Assembly (NCBI GenBank): GCA_030704615.1
Contig: CM060732.1
Coordinates: forward strand, 40,920,001-40,984,000
Length of the DNA stretch: 64,000 bases
Source: Takakia lepidozioides
Taxonomy: Eukaryota > Plantae > Bryophyta
Direction: 5' to 3'
Part shown: in pieces, positions 1 through 13,119 of the stretch
Layout: every line of letters starts with the position of its first letter
Position numbering within the stretch: the stretch's first letter is position 1
The notes under the pieces: model-generated
Databases searched by the model: none
What the model was told of the DNA's origin: nothing
Seen by the model: the letters and a program-made list of their open reading frames with translations, nothing else
Translations under genes and position numbers: made by a program

Positions 1-639
1 CTCACGGGGCTGGGCTCACGCCGTAGCTACGCTCCTTTTAGTCGATCTATCATGACGTAGCGAGCACAACATCATAGCTGGTTTCTACTTTACAGAAGAG
101 CTCATAATGATAATATCACCAAGCTCATTTATCCATTGCACTATACTTGTCATCACAAGTTTACTAGACAACATATTGACATTGGTGCAGATCAAGATTC
201 AGATGCTTCTGGAGGTGATTTAAATGCCTCCAAACTGATGGATGTGCTCGGGATGTGGAGATTCCTAGCTTGGTACCTCACTTGGCACCAAGAAATTACC
301 ATTCACTTGCTCCCCATATATCCAAGGTTGGGATCTAGGCATAGGTCACCAGAGAATATGCCTCTTCGTTGCAACTTGATTTTATGCATAGTATGCCTTT
401 AGATATATCTGACTTTGGGTAATGTTTAAATTCATCTGACAGGTCTTTACTTGCCCAACAGATGACATGATGACAATTTTTATGGCATTCCAATCACCCG
501 AAATTGAAGTGCTACGGATCACCACCATCTTTGGGAATGTGGAAACTTCACTTGCAGCCACCATTGCACTCTACTTGGTTCATCTCTCCCCATTGAGAAT
601 TACAAACTTGTCTCCATTCTGTAGCCTGGTTTTAATGCA

Positions 640-1500
640 CTAAGTGTGAGATGTTGAAGGATCTTATCAAAAAGTCTGTGAAGGGAAGTCAAGATCAACT
701 CACCCATAAAAAGACTTTAGACAAGCATTTGAAGCATCAAGAATCTTGTCGAAGACTTTATCACAGTTGGAGAAATGAATCCGCTATGATGGGAATGAAT
801 TCCTCTGTATCATCCATGATAAGATGGATCACCGGAAGACGGCCCTTTCACGTCTACAAGCAACAAACAAGATGATTTCAGGATTAGGTCAGCTTCTCGA
901 AGATTATATTTGCAGATGGATAATTGTATGAAGGACAACAATAATAGGTGGATGTTGATATTTCTTTCTTTGCTCACAGCAAGAGATGTGTTTGAAGAGA
1001 TTCAGTTGGGATTTTTTATGGTTGGTCATACGCACGAAGACATTGATGGATTTTTCAGCTATCTTTCAAAGAAATTGGAGAATAGCACTTATGCTAATGA
1101 GACATTTTATGGTTTCTCAAGAGTTACAGTTCATCCCACAAATCATTCAGGAGGTTCCAAACTTCAAGGAGTTTGTAGATGGACATATTATTGATGGAAA
1201 AGATGCTCTCGTCGGAGCGACATATATGCATGTTTTTCGATTCTACGTGGACCATTCCTCATTTATTGGTCTGTCATGCAATACAAGAAATTTGCAACCG
1301 ATTGTGACTGACTTCCAAAACAAAGTTAAATTAAAATGTGGAAGACTCTTGATGATGGATCCCCTTCACTTCCCGTGGATCAGCCCAAGTGTGTTCGCAT
1401 GACACCAATTTGGGGAGACAAAGAAGACGCTGTGTAGAAGCAATTTGTCATCAAAACTGGAATTAAAAAGTATATGGGTTTTTGGAATTTACGTCTTGCA
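640..1500 (+). mobile_element. Decayed DNA-transposon transposase, Sola-like (DUF7869-type) remnant
   Basis: Frameshifted pieces read FLCIIHDKMDHRKTA..., LQMDNCMKDNNNRW...FEEIQLGFFMVGHTHEDIDGFFS (910-1194) and F.PQIIQEVPNFKEFV. The DNC..N / GHTHEDID motif pair is typical of this transposase family. No TIRs identified. Confidence 0.6.
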
Positions 1501-4070
1501 AGATAAACTTGTGCCCGATTCAATATTTATAACTGGATGAATAAAGAATGCAAAGAATATGGAGGTTCGAACCTTGGACCTAGGATTAATAAAATAAATT
1601 GGAGTTGATGTAGAGAGCCAACGTGGGGATCCCACATGTGCAGCCCACGAGCACTGACATGAGGGTGATTGCAACCTAGAGTGTCCATAATGCGACACGA
1701 TCACGAGTACATGAGATGTTCTTAAGCTGGCGCAAGTTTTGAAAAATAAAATTTTTGACCGTCGGATGAAGTCGATCCAAATCGTCGGCCAAAAGTACCG
1801 TGTCAAAACAATATGGGCAGGATTTTTAAAAATAAAAATAAATCAAATTAAATCAAATCAAATTAAAAATAACGAAATTCTCAAATCTAATTCATCTATG
1901 CCCTCAACCTATGGGAAATGCGTATTTTTTGTTAAGGAAGTTCTTGTAAATCTATGTTTTTCATGTAGTAAAGCTTAATACAAAAATAACTAATTTCTAT
2001 GCTCTTCAAAAGTCCCTAACATTTTATGGACTACATATTTTAGTGTAAGCTAAGGCATTCTAGATTCCTCGAAATGGGGGTGATCATAATGTGAGTCCTT
2101 TTTAATAGTGACATTGAAAATTGACCAAGAACAAAGTACATAATCATTAGATTATGGACTATGACATTTTACTAGGGACTTTTTAAAAAGTCCTTAACTT
2201 TCAATATACTTAGTATTTTGAAATGAAACTTGAAAGAGTGGGTGAAGCCTCTAGTGCATATTATCCTTTAGAGTCATTTATTCAAATATTCCATTCGATT
2301 GAATAGTGTGAATGTATACCATCAATCTATGTGCAGAAAAAACTGTGTTGTGACAGCAAAAAATGGACACTGTAGGCTGCAACGACTCAGGAGCCGTCGC
2401 CCCCTAGGCTAGTAAATACGTCGTAATTGTCATTAATATTTTTCAAGGCGCCGATATATCGGCCCTAATGTTGGATGGATTAATTTGCATGGGAGATGGA
2501 TGAATATGTAGATGGATGGATGATTATTCTATGCCCATCCATCCATAAAATTAACAAATTCCATCCTCATTGCCACAGCCGTCGGATCAGAGGTTTGATT
2601 TGACGGTTGTGACATCAGAGACTACATACGGGGAGGGTGCATACTCCCTGATTCTTTTTGGTTTATCACCTCGAGCTGATTCAGGCTCTCTAGCTAGGCT
2701 GTCAACGTTAGGAGAGAGAGGATGACACCATGTGTGTGGGAGAGAGAGAGAGCAACGTGTGTGTGTGAGAGAGCAACGCAGGGAGAGTTAGAAAGAGTAT
2801 GGGTGTGAAAAAAAACCCTAAACTTGTGTGTGCACTATGTGTAAGAGATAAGAGATAAGAGATAGCCCGATGGAGCAGCCGCGGCGAGCAAACCGACGGC
2901 CCGCTGCTAGTAGCCACAGTGCCTTGAAGCAGGGAAGGAGGGGTAATTTGGCAAGAAGGAGAGCCTTTGCAAGTGTCACAAGGTCAGCACGGAGTGCGTT
3001 CTTTTCAATTTTGTTTTTGTTTTGTCTTTTGTTTTTGCTTTTCCAATGTCAGACTCCTTCTTCGCTTGCAATGCAGATGGCGACGAAGAGAGAGTAGTGG
3101 GTCAATGTTTGTTGAATATCTTTTCAACGAAAGGTGTTGTGTTATCTGTCTCTACACATCCAACACTCACATAAGCAAATTATATGTACGTGCATGGCAA
3201 TTGATCTGGAGAGGGAATTTTGTATTTGAAGCAGACTCAGTGCCTTGAAGTAGAGAAGAAGGGATCATCATAGCTTGGCGGAGCCTTGTCAAGTGTCACA
3301 AGGCCAGACTCCAAGTAGCATGTGAGTTCTTTTGTTTTTGGTTTGTACGGGAAAACCCACCCGTAGCAACCAGTGAATTTGTTGAAGTTTTCAGGCACTT
3401 GGTCGGATTCTATATAGAGATCTCTACCCATACTTGTACAGGCATGTAGGGCTTCTACTTATTTTCTCAATTATTTGTATCTTCAGGCAGATCAGGTTTG
3501 TGGTAATAGTTTCCATACCAAGTGATGTACGATTCTACTCAGATGCGTGCTGCGATTCAACAAAATAGAGCTAGAGTAAGAACAGACCTGCAACTGCCAT
3601 GAACTGAGGCATGGCTACCACCACACCAAGCGTTCCCTGTCCCTGTTGTGCATTTCGTCCCTTAGACCTCCGTCTCTCACCGATGCTCTCTGAATATGGT
3701 TGCTCACAAGCGAGACCTATATCTTTCATTGTCTCTTTATGTCCAATAATTGTTACTTCTTCCTCACACTCATAGACCTCTCGTTTGAACGCTAGCAGAT
3801 TGCTGTCTCTTTTCTTTTCGTTAGTACTCTGAAGTTCTCGGTTACTTCACTTTAACCAACGGAACAAGCTTTGCCGACCAACGCCACCGACACATCGCAA
3901 AATGAAACGTTCACTGTGAAGCACAAAATGAGGAAATTAGGAACCCTAGCAATATGATGTGAAATTTGGTAGACCTTCATGGAATATGTCCAGATTATCA
4001 TTTGGACAGATGTAGGGGGTTCATGGGTTGCCTTTGATTCAGTTGTTTTTCTGTTGGAAGGGAGAGCTGT

Positions 4071-4072
<2 letters not shown>

Positions 4073-4110
<38 letters not shown>

Positions 4111-4306
4111 GCGAGAGCCGACAGGCATGGCGGGGTCAAACAGCAGGTACACATGATCTCATTCATTCCTTGATAACTCACTTCTGCTCTCATGCAATAC
4201 ACCACCAACCATTGGTGCTCTGCTCTCATTTTATTTATAACATGTCTTTATTTTTATAACTCTTAAGGCATCCATCCTTCATTCTTTTTAAATTAAATTT
4301 ATTATT

Positions 4307-4340
<34 letters not shown>
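4073..4340. repeat. (GA)n (~4073-4104) and (TA)n (~4313-4340) microsatellites
   Basis: Directly visible dinucleotide runs. Confidence 0.9.
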
Positions 4341-4343
4341 ACT

Positions 4344-4562
4344 GAAGTTGAGCACTCAGCAGCTCAAGTTGACAACTTTAGCTTTTTGTTAAGAAAAAAG
4401 ATGTAAAATATTTTTGCTTGAATTATATTTTGGACCTGGGTCCCTTTTTCTTTAAATTAAAATTTAATTTTTTAATAATAATAAAAAACCTTAAGTTGAG
4501 CACTTAGCAGCTCAAGTTGTGCACTCAGCGGCTCAAGTTGATAACTTCAGTTTTTTGTTAAG
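4344..4562. repeat. Short direct repeats AAGTTGAGCACTCAGCAGCTCAAGTTG (3 overlapping/partial copies)
   Basis: Copies near 4345, 4493 and 4515. Confidence 0.7.
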
Positions 4563-5219
4563 TTTATGATGTGTACCGGTACTCCAAAGAGGCTTCTATC
4601 AATCGGGACGGCCTTTAAACTATTTGGCAAATAGAACTAAATGTGGTTCGAGGTCGCTTGCAGGTTCAAAAGCCTAGACATGGGATGTCGGATATGCAGG
4701 ACGATTCTAGCACTTATCATGGCAATGGTGGTGAAGTCAAGGGTGACTCGGATTTTCAGCCCATCGGAGCATCAAGATTAGGATCTTCTTCGTCCCGTCG
4801 TCGAAGCAGCAGAAGGAATTGAAGCAAACAACTTTAGGCATCCAACAACACATTTTTATGGACATGTTTACATTTCTGTAGTGAAATAATACTCGTGTGT
4901 TCCATGTCACTCTGAGTATTTGTATTGGTGTCTTGGGAAATAAAAGATGTTGCCCATATATATACCACCCAAAATATCGGTCAAGACATCGTCACTTGCT
5001 CATGTTTATGTTCGGTCTTTTGCTTCTATAATGAGAAACAATTGTGTCAATGCTTCCAACTCTGCAGAAAATTATTGGTTATCGGTTGTCGGTTCTCATG
5101 GCTGTCGCATCGAATTGTTTTTTTGTTGAAAACAGAGCGACCGCACTTTCAAATATTTTATTATATTGAAAGAAGTGGCGGAGCCTTGTAATTATATTAT
5201 TATTTAAATGAATCAATAG

Positions 5220-5780
5220 CCAGTGGCCGTCGCTTCATTTAATTTGTTTTTAAAAATGAAGCGGTCATTTTTATTTTTATTTTTTTGTAATTGTAGCGGC
5301 CGTTACTGGCGGTTGCTTTTATGTTATTTTTCTGTAAATGCAGCGACCGCCACCGCCATTACTGGCGGTCGCTTTTATTCTTTATTTTTTGTAAATGCAG
5401 CGACCGCCATTACTGGCGACAGGTTTTTTTTTTTTTTTTTGGTGTAAATGCAGCGACAGCAAATAACGCCATTACTGGCGGTCATTTTAATTTTTAATTT
5501 TTATAAATGCAGCAACTGCCATTACTGGCGGTCGCTTTTATTTGTTATTTTTCTAAACGGAGCAACCACCATTACTGGTTGTCGTTTTTATTTGTTATTT
5601 TTCTAAATGCAGCGACCGCCATTACTGGCGGCCATTTTAATTTGTTATTTTTTGTAAATGCAGCGACCGCCAGTAACGGCGGTCACTTTTAATTTTTAAT
5701 TTTTATAAATGCAGCAACCGCCATTACTGGCGGTCGCTTTTATTTGTTTTTGGAAATGGAGCGATCGCCAAGGTAACGGT
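5220..5780. repeat. Tandem array (~9 units of ~55-60 bp), each with a palindromic core GCGACCGCC-ATTACT-GGCGGTCGC separated by T-rich linkers
   Basis: AAATGCAGCGACCGCCATTACTGGCGGTCGCTTT recurs about every 55-60 bp; probably transposon subterminal repeats. Confidence 0.85.
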
Positions 5781-7049
5781 CTCTTCTAGAAGGTGTACCT
5801 TGCACGTGGCCGGGGGGGGGAGGGGGATATAAGTCAAAGGAGGCTAATTCTCTTCTCACTTCCTCTCCATACAACTTCTGTGTGCGTGACATGTAACTAT
5901 TCCACGACACGTAGTCACGGGGATAATGAGGCCAATGGCTGGGTGGGGGGTATTTTCTACCGCGATTTCTGTGAAGTCATTGCAGAGTACTCCTATAGGT
6001 CCTCTTCTGGCTTCCAGGATCATTTCATTCTATAAAATTAGCTTTTAAGAATTATTTTGGCACTTATTCAAACCCATTTCGGGTTAAGGGTTTAGGATCA
6101 ATAATATTTTCTCTCTCTCAAGATCGTCATGTGTTTACCTGTCTTTTAGTTCTTAGCCATTTATACATTTGGTTTAGTAGTGTTTAACTGTCCGTTATTT
6201 ATTAGTAAACCTCGTTTAGGGTTGCTCTAATTGTTACAAAATGACAGAGGGCCACGACGATGAGCATCATGGAAGAGATGACCCCTATGAACATGAACCA
6301 CCCCCTAAGAAAATCAAAAGGTCAAGGCATGACTTGAATTGGGAACTATATGATAACCTTAGCATACTAGCAGAAGAGGACTGAGAGGATTTTCCAGAAG
6401 AGTTCAGGTGACTGTCAATGACGAGGGCATGACTGAACACAAACAAGAGATCAGACTTAGAGGTACAAAACTGGACAAGAAGTCAAGGTCGGGACTTTAT
6501 TTTGAATTGCAAGTGGACATGGTTTCGCTGCACAAAATACGTGAAAATGCATCATATAAACCGTTTGTGGCCTTTGGAAAAACATGCGGTGCAAACGAAG
6601 CAAAATTGCTTGGAATTCGCTTCCTGCATGAACGATCATTTTCGGCATAGGGCACGTGAGGCCCCTCTTCGGCCAGAACATCCCAATTTTGTGAAATTTC
6701 GCTGTTCAATTGTTGCCTTACATCTTTGCGGTAAGATTTGTTGCTTGTCTGCTCAGGTCCAATATGTTGGGGTACGGGACGCCCATCTTCACTTCCTTCA
6801 GCCATTTTGCGGGGAATGTCATGCGTTCTTGTATTCACAACCTTTCAATACTGGCCTGCAAATCGCCCTATACAGAACCAAAACAATACTTTGTGGTGAT
6901 TATTTGTGACTACCACCACCATGATCATACTTACAAAATATATTTACATATGTAATAGCTATGTCGACACTCAGGAGGCTCGACCTATTTGTCTTCCCTT
7001 TTCACTACTTGCATCTTTTCAGCTACACGACACAACATTTGAAAAATAG

Positions 7050-8320
7050 TTAAGAGTCCTGCAACGTCCGTACGTGGACTTCCCATTGTGGGTCAATAAC
7101 AGTGTGCTCAAGCGCGGACCTCACAGTCACCAACCTGTCCACCATCAGGAAGTTGGTGGCAAACCGAGTTTCTCCTGGATTCTTTAGGCTGTATTTTGGT
7201 TCGTGCCTCCTGTATATTGTCAAAAACATGTGGTGGTTTTGGATGAATTTCACAACAGACTTGGCATGCTTCACAAGGTCTTTCACCCATTGCTCTTTTC
7301 CCCAATCTTCTAACAGTAGGTCGAGGATATGAGCACAACATCCTTGAAAATACATGTGAGGGTACTGAGCCAAAAGTAACTGGGCCATATTTCTCATATT
7401 CGAGGTATTGTCCGTACAAATTTGCACATTTTTCTCCGGTCCAACAGAATCAATGGCTTTCAATAGCACCAAAAACTGGTAACGTGCATGTTTCCATTCC
7501 CCGGTTGTGTCAATAGCTCCTATAAATTGTTCTCCCGCTGGACATACGAACATGATGTTGAGTAATGGTCGGTTTGTGAGTGAGCTCCAACCATCGACAC
7601 ATAATGTACTTCCATATTTTCGCAATGAATCCTCGGTTCGATCTGTTATTCGTTTTGAAAGGTCAGTCATGGCCTCTTCCAACAATTCCGTACGTAGAGC
7701 ATTGTAAGGAGGTGGTGTGTACGTGCATTTTGACTCCGAAGTTGTTCTCACAGCTGAAACAAACGATGGGAACCGTGCCACGTTGAATGGTATGTTGGCC
7801 TCATAGAAAAACGTTGCTCACTTCTTATCTAACGCCCTCTTTGCTGTCACGTTCAATCTCTCCGAAATGAATTGTTGTCATAGGATTGTACTTCTTTGAG
7901 ATCCTCTTGTATCTTGTGGTGTGATTGCACTCGACCCCCCTGTCCCAATGTACCAGATACCTCGCAAGAGTCCCCTTGCGTACAACTGAATGGTGCTTCC
8001 GGACGCAAACGTGTTGCTTCTGCATGAGGGGGATTAATCTCCTGACCTCAATTTGGTGTGTTGTCTTTTGCGTGGTTCCCTTCCTCCAATGGCTCCGAAA
8101 CAACCCCTCCATATTGCGCGAAATGAGCTTTCACCCGCATGGATGCTTTTGAGCATAAACCCACCCCAGGGTCTCGACCATTACAATCCCTGTACCCCAA
8201 ATGAGCCAGCATCCGATCTTTGCGATAATCCAATTTATTCCAACAAAGCTTGCACTCAACACAATCCCTTTTTTGTGGAATTCTTATGTACCAAGGGGTC
8301 CGCTCATTTTTCATTTTGTA
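7050..8320 (-). mobile_element. hAT-superfamily transposase pseudogene (BED finger + DUF659/RNase H-like core), C-terminally truncated
   Basis: CVECKLCWNKLDYRKDRMLAHL (BED-like, ~8260-8190); PPPYNALRTELL, LCVDGWSS...RPLLNIM, CTDNTSNM, CCAHILDLLLEDWGK, PGETRFATNFLM (ORF 7050-7781). Stops and frameshifts between the parts. Confidence 0.85.
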
Positions 8321-9119
8321 GAGGGATCCTACGGTAATAATAAAGAAAAAGAATGGTGGATCCAAGAGTGGATCACACACTTTAAGTGATCATGTGCGGT
8401 GTATGCCAACAGAATGGCATGAACAGGAAAGACCTCTCTTGTAGCCTCCTCTTGCACACCACTCTCATACAAAGAACGGTGTACGTCCCAGCTCACAAAA
8501 GTGGATGCCACAAGTGAAGTAAGAAGGTGTCTCCACGAAGAGCTTATATATTGTCCCAGCCTCCAGGCGACAGTTGCCACACACTTGGGCGACCGCCAAG
8601 TACTCCCAACGGTGTCTGCCGACCCCCACCCCCTCCCCGCAAGGCCACCGGCGGAAGGCAGAAGCCCCGCCCCCCCTGGCGACCGTCTATGACGGTCGCC
8701 CAACCCGCCACAAACCCCGTGCGGGCGACCGAACCGGGCCTGGGCGCCCAAGCCCTAGCCCCAACACACCCCCCTCCCCTCTCGCCCTGGGCGAAAGCAT
8801 CGCCAGGCGACCGGTGGGGGCGGTTGCCCCACTCGCAAGCCAACCGATCGCAAATACAGGCGGCGACCACCCATAGTAGTCGCCCGGCCGGGCACCTCGC
8901 CTCACCCCCCTCCTGCTAGGTGACCACCAATACGGTCACCCTGGACAACAAAAAGAGAAAAAAATTCGGGACCGCCAGCATTGGCGGTCCCAAGAACAAG
9001 CGGTCGTCCGCCACACCTCCCCGTTCGCCGAAAGAAACAACGACCGTATTTTTGTTTTGTTTTGTTTTTTTATCAAACTTGGTATCTGCGGTCTGGATTT
9101 TCTATTAAGAAATTGAAAC

Positions 9120-9181
9120 GGGTTTAGGGTTTAGGGTTTCTAGGGTTTAGAGTTTGGGGTTAACCGTGTACCCTAAACCCT
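9120..9181. repeat. Short interstitial plant-telomere-like (TTTAGGG) tract with an inverted CCCTAAACCC
   Basis: GGTTTAGGGTTTAGGGTTTCTAGGGTTTAGAGTTTGGGG...CCCTAAACCC. Confidence 0.6.
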
Positions 9182-10227
9182 TTCAACCAATTTTCATAGA
9201 CCTGATAATTGACAGGTACTCTGAGAAGGTATGTCTATGTCCAACACACTCGCAAAAATTGAAAGCAATCCAAAATCATTTGAACATCGAACGATGGGTT
9301 CACCCTTTGAATCAATTTTGATTGATCTGATACTTGAGAGGAGCCTGTGACAATGTATTGTAGGGTAAAAACGCGGGGACTTGTGTTTTCTTTTCGGACA
9401 TGGATTTGGTCGGGATACTTGTCGGGTGACGAGGGCTGGATGAATGGCCAGGAGATGAAGGTGCGAGGAACAGTTCATCTGAACTAAATCAATGAATGAC
9501 CAACGAAGTAAAGGGGCAGAAATTTGTTCATTGGATAGATTCATGGGGAGTGATGGATGGAGAAGGGATCAGCTGGCAAAATTGGATGAACTGGTAAGTT
9601 CATCCAACTAGTGACGAACTGGTAGTTGACAGATTATTATAACAGAACAACAGCTAAACTAAGGCATTTGTCGTATGCATGTAGCTTGAAAGGGGACGTA
9701 ATACCCAAGTTTGCATTAAGACCTTAGAGAGAAATTCACGTGACACCAACATGGCAAATTTATGAAGTAGGCAGCGCACCGTCCGGTGGCTGAAGGGGAT
9801 TTAGGAGTGAAGGATGGAGGAAGAAAGACCTTTTTGGCATGACTGAAAGTAGGAAGAGCGTGAGATGGAGAACACAGAGGTGGTATGAAGGTGGTATTGG
9901 CAGTAAAATGGAATGAGATGTTGGTGTTATGCATGCTCTTGTAGACTGAAAGTGGAAGCATTGTAAATTATGAGTCATGTTTTATTTTCAGTGATGAGTG
10001 TTGCTCAAGAATGAGAGTGGTATATAGTCTGAAAACGAGTGCATGAAGGAGTCCTCTTTGTCGTGAACTTGTAAGAACTTCATACGGCAAGCACCAAGTA
10101 TCATGCAGTCCAATCTGTTGGGGCAGATTGACAATGCAGCCATGAGAACTGGGATGTAACGATCAGATCAGGAAAGTGGAACGTGCGAAAACACAGATCA
10201 GATGAACCATGAATTGACATGTCGCAA

Positions 10228-10860
10228 AAGGTGGTGGGAAATAAGATGTCGTTGATGACACCTTAATCCCTCCAACCTGCACACGCACCGCCGTGAAAGT
10301 TTGTTCAGGTGGTGGGAATTAAGATGTCGTTGACAACATCTTAATCCCCCCGACCTGCACACGCACCGCCTTGAAAATTTTGTTGAGGTTGTTGGGATTA
10401 AGATGTCGTTGACGACACCTTAATCCCCCCTATACACGCACCGCTTTGAAAGTGTTTTTGGATTCATATTTTTTTGGTTTTTCATGAATTGTCATATCGC
10501 AACATGTGGTGGGAATTAAGATGTCGTTGACAACACCTTAATCGCCTCGACTTGCACACGCACTGCCTTCAAAGTTTTGTTAGATTTTTGTTTTTTCCAT
10601 TTTTGGGCCTTAATCTGAAAAGACATGTGGCAACAGCTGGTGGGATTTAAGATATCGTTGACGACACCTTAATCCCCGCGACCTGCACACGTGTCGACTT
10701 GAAAGTTTTGTTGGATTCAAATTTTTTGGGTTTTTGGGATTTTCCATGAAATGTTTGTGGCAACAGGAGGTGGGAATTAAGATGTCATTGACAACACCTT
10801 AACCCTCCCCCACCTGGACACACACCGCCTTCAAAGTTTTTTTGGACTCAAATTTTTGGG
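10228..10860. repeat. Array of six ~65-bp conserved units with an internal hairpin, separated by variable T-rich linkers
   Basis: GGTGGGAATTAAGATGTCGTTGACAACACCTTAATCCC...GCACACGCACCGCCTTGAAAGT at ~10231, 10309, 10388, 10507, 10638 and 10766; TTAAGATGT pairs with ACA(T/C)CTTAA. Confidence 0.85.
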
Positions 10861-11439
10861 TTCATTGTTTTTGGAGAAATTTTTTTGCGATTTTGTTTTG
10901 TCCTCCACTTCTCATGTTCTATCCTCTTCCCTCCTCTACAGCCCCACCCCCATCAGAAGAGTCCATAGGTAACTCAAATTTACTCATGTATATAATTGCC
11001 TTGTAACTTCAGCAGTTTCTTTCAAGTTCCCTCAAAGTAAGTATTGTCATGATCAACCGATAAATCTGAATTCAGGACACACTCGAGATGCAATTGCCCC
11101 ACGTGAAACAAAAATGAAGTCATGGTTCATCCATTTCGCTCATTTCTCATCCACAAACCATCCACCATTCATCCTTTCCACTTTTCATTCATCCTGAAAC
11201 CATTCATCCGGCGGCTTTTTCATCGCACATTCGTACCGTACGGTCGTCATGGAGCTTGGATTGTCCCGTCGGATGGGGTGTGCATGCGTCCGTGCATTGT
11301 AATTTTTGTCCACGGCAATAGGCTCTCTTCTTCCCTCGGTTGTAGGCTCCCATTCACTAATCTGCTCACGCTTAAAAGATTCTGCTCACGTTTTCCACTT
11401 TAAGCGTGAGCTGCTCACACGGTAGCTACCCTCCTCCCC

Positions 11440-11870
11440 TTAACATACATGTTGACAAGGGTGTTGAGTAGAAAATCGTTCGGCGTGAATCCATTTTGGA
11501 CAATGTGAGTGTGCACCTGCTTTCCAGCTTCCAGACCTTTCATCTTGATGCACTTATGCAAGAGACACACATATGTATCTACATCTGCTGAAATGCCTCC
11601 TTGGTTTAAAGTCTATAGAACCTCTTTCAGTCTGGCTGCCTCATAAAGCATCTTCACATGCCCATAAGTGCCAGAAGAGGCATTGTGGACTCCATCTCTT
11701 GATCCTCTTCCAGAAGCTGTGGTCATGGTTGAGGTGCCTGATTTTATCAACTGTGCCGCTACAGTTGCCGCTTCCAGCTGACCATCTACCCATGGAGGTT
11801 TCTTGTAGCTATCCTTCCACAATGAACCATAGGTAATCTGGAGCTTGAAATCTGACCCTCTTGGACAGGT
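11440..11870 (-). pseudogene. OSB-type PDF motif fused to the N-terminus of a PLS-class PPR protein (truncated pseudogene)
   Basis: Minus strand reads PRGSDFKLQITYGSLWKDSYKKPPWVDGQL...MLYEAARLKEVL*TLNQGGISADVDTYVCLLHKCIKMKGLEAGKQVHTHIVQNGFTPNDFLLNTLVNMYV. The first part is the second half of a PDF motif; the rest is L/S-type PPR motifs. One in-frame stop. Confidence 0.7.
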
Positions 11871-12210
11871 GCAATCAATGTGCAGTGGTTTATGAAGTCG
11901 TTGAGTCGACTACATATTCACTTTAATGAATAAATATCTTTATTTCATTAATCAAATTAGGAATGAAAATTTCTAGTCGCATGTGCAGTAATTAGAACCA
12001 CTTGTATTTCCGTTTTTTTTAATTTTATGTATTTACGCAATTAATTAAATAGCCCGGATTTTTGCTACGACTCCAGTCGTTGACCCCACTTCAGTCCGCC
12101 GTATGAAATGCCCCCGTGGGCCCACATTGTCCGTTTCGACTCTCCAGTAGTCCCGTTTACTACCAAGTGGTTCCCGGAGTGGTTGGTGGACACCCAGTCA
12201 ATTCGAAAAA

Positions 12211-12946
12211 TGTAATGAAACTACTCATACTATTCCATTAATCCTAGAGACACAGCTTTCAGGTCTTGAATACCTTTATAAAGATTATTACATAAGTTGT
12301 CAGGTCTTTACAGTCTATGTATATACTTATTTTTCCTCTCTCTTTGATACTCCCTAGTCTAGAGCTTATCTTCTAGATCCATTGTATCTCTCTGGTTCTT
12401 TCTCTTTTTCTTTGCTTATAGCTCTTGAGTCTCATTTTCAACCTCCGTATCTCCTCGTGGCCAATGAGATCTCTTGAGTCTCTTTTTGCTTCGCTTCACA
12501 TCTGAACCCCACCAGTCACACCCCTTATTAATGATATCTACAGTTATATGTCTTTACATATCTAATAAGGGATGAACACATTCATTCTCGTGACAGAAAA
12601 GATACGAATGCTTCTAGTGATTTGAAGATCAATGCGTGGTTCGGCCGCGATCATATACTAGTCTTGACGAGCTCTCTGTATTATCATTACTCTCAAGGAC
12701 TTGGGAGAAAGATCAGACAAAGTGGGTTGCCTTTTTTATCAAGCGCCAACGTGAGTGAGATTGGCTGGCACTGGGTGTCTACGAGACACAGTCGCACAAA
12801 GTGTCCTGGAGCTAATGAATCATTCAAATAACGAATCGAAGACTAAGTCCAGAAAGTCCTTTCGGAGCTGTACTGAGCCCAGAAGAGAAACATATTTGAT
12901 TCCACAAAGTAAATATTTTGTTGCAAAATTTAGACTTTGCATTACA
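12211..12946. mobile_element. Possible solo LTR
   Basis: Begins TGTAATG and ends CATTACA (7-bp terminal inverted repeat, TG...CA). No matching TSD. Confidence 0.3.
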
Positions 12947-13119
12947 TAATAATATTGCGAATTTTAATACGCAAAGTGAAGCGAGTCTCATTGTCAAACA
13001 TGCCAGCATCTGCAATAAGATCCTCCTCTTCATCAATCGTATTGTCTTTGAGTAAGATATCGCAATTGCCCAATTCTCACTGTCCATATTTTCAAGGAAT
13101 TATATATATATATATAGTG

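Noticed and set aside
8329-8919. Several overlapping Pro/Gly/Arg-rich ORFs
   Set aside because: A by-product of a GC-rich repeat region; open in many frames with no domain signal.
9120-9181. True telomere or chromosome-fusion scar
   Set aside because: Only ~4 degenerate units; more consistent with telo-box or transposon-associated motifs.
10228-10860. CRISPR array
   Set aside because: Eukaryotic context, no cas genes, units too long and degenerate, and the linkers are related to each other and uneven in length.
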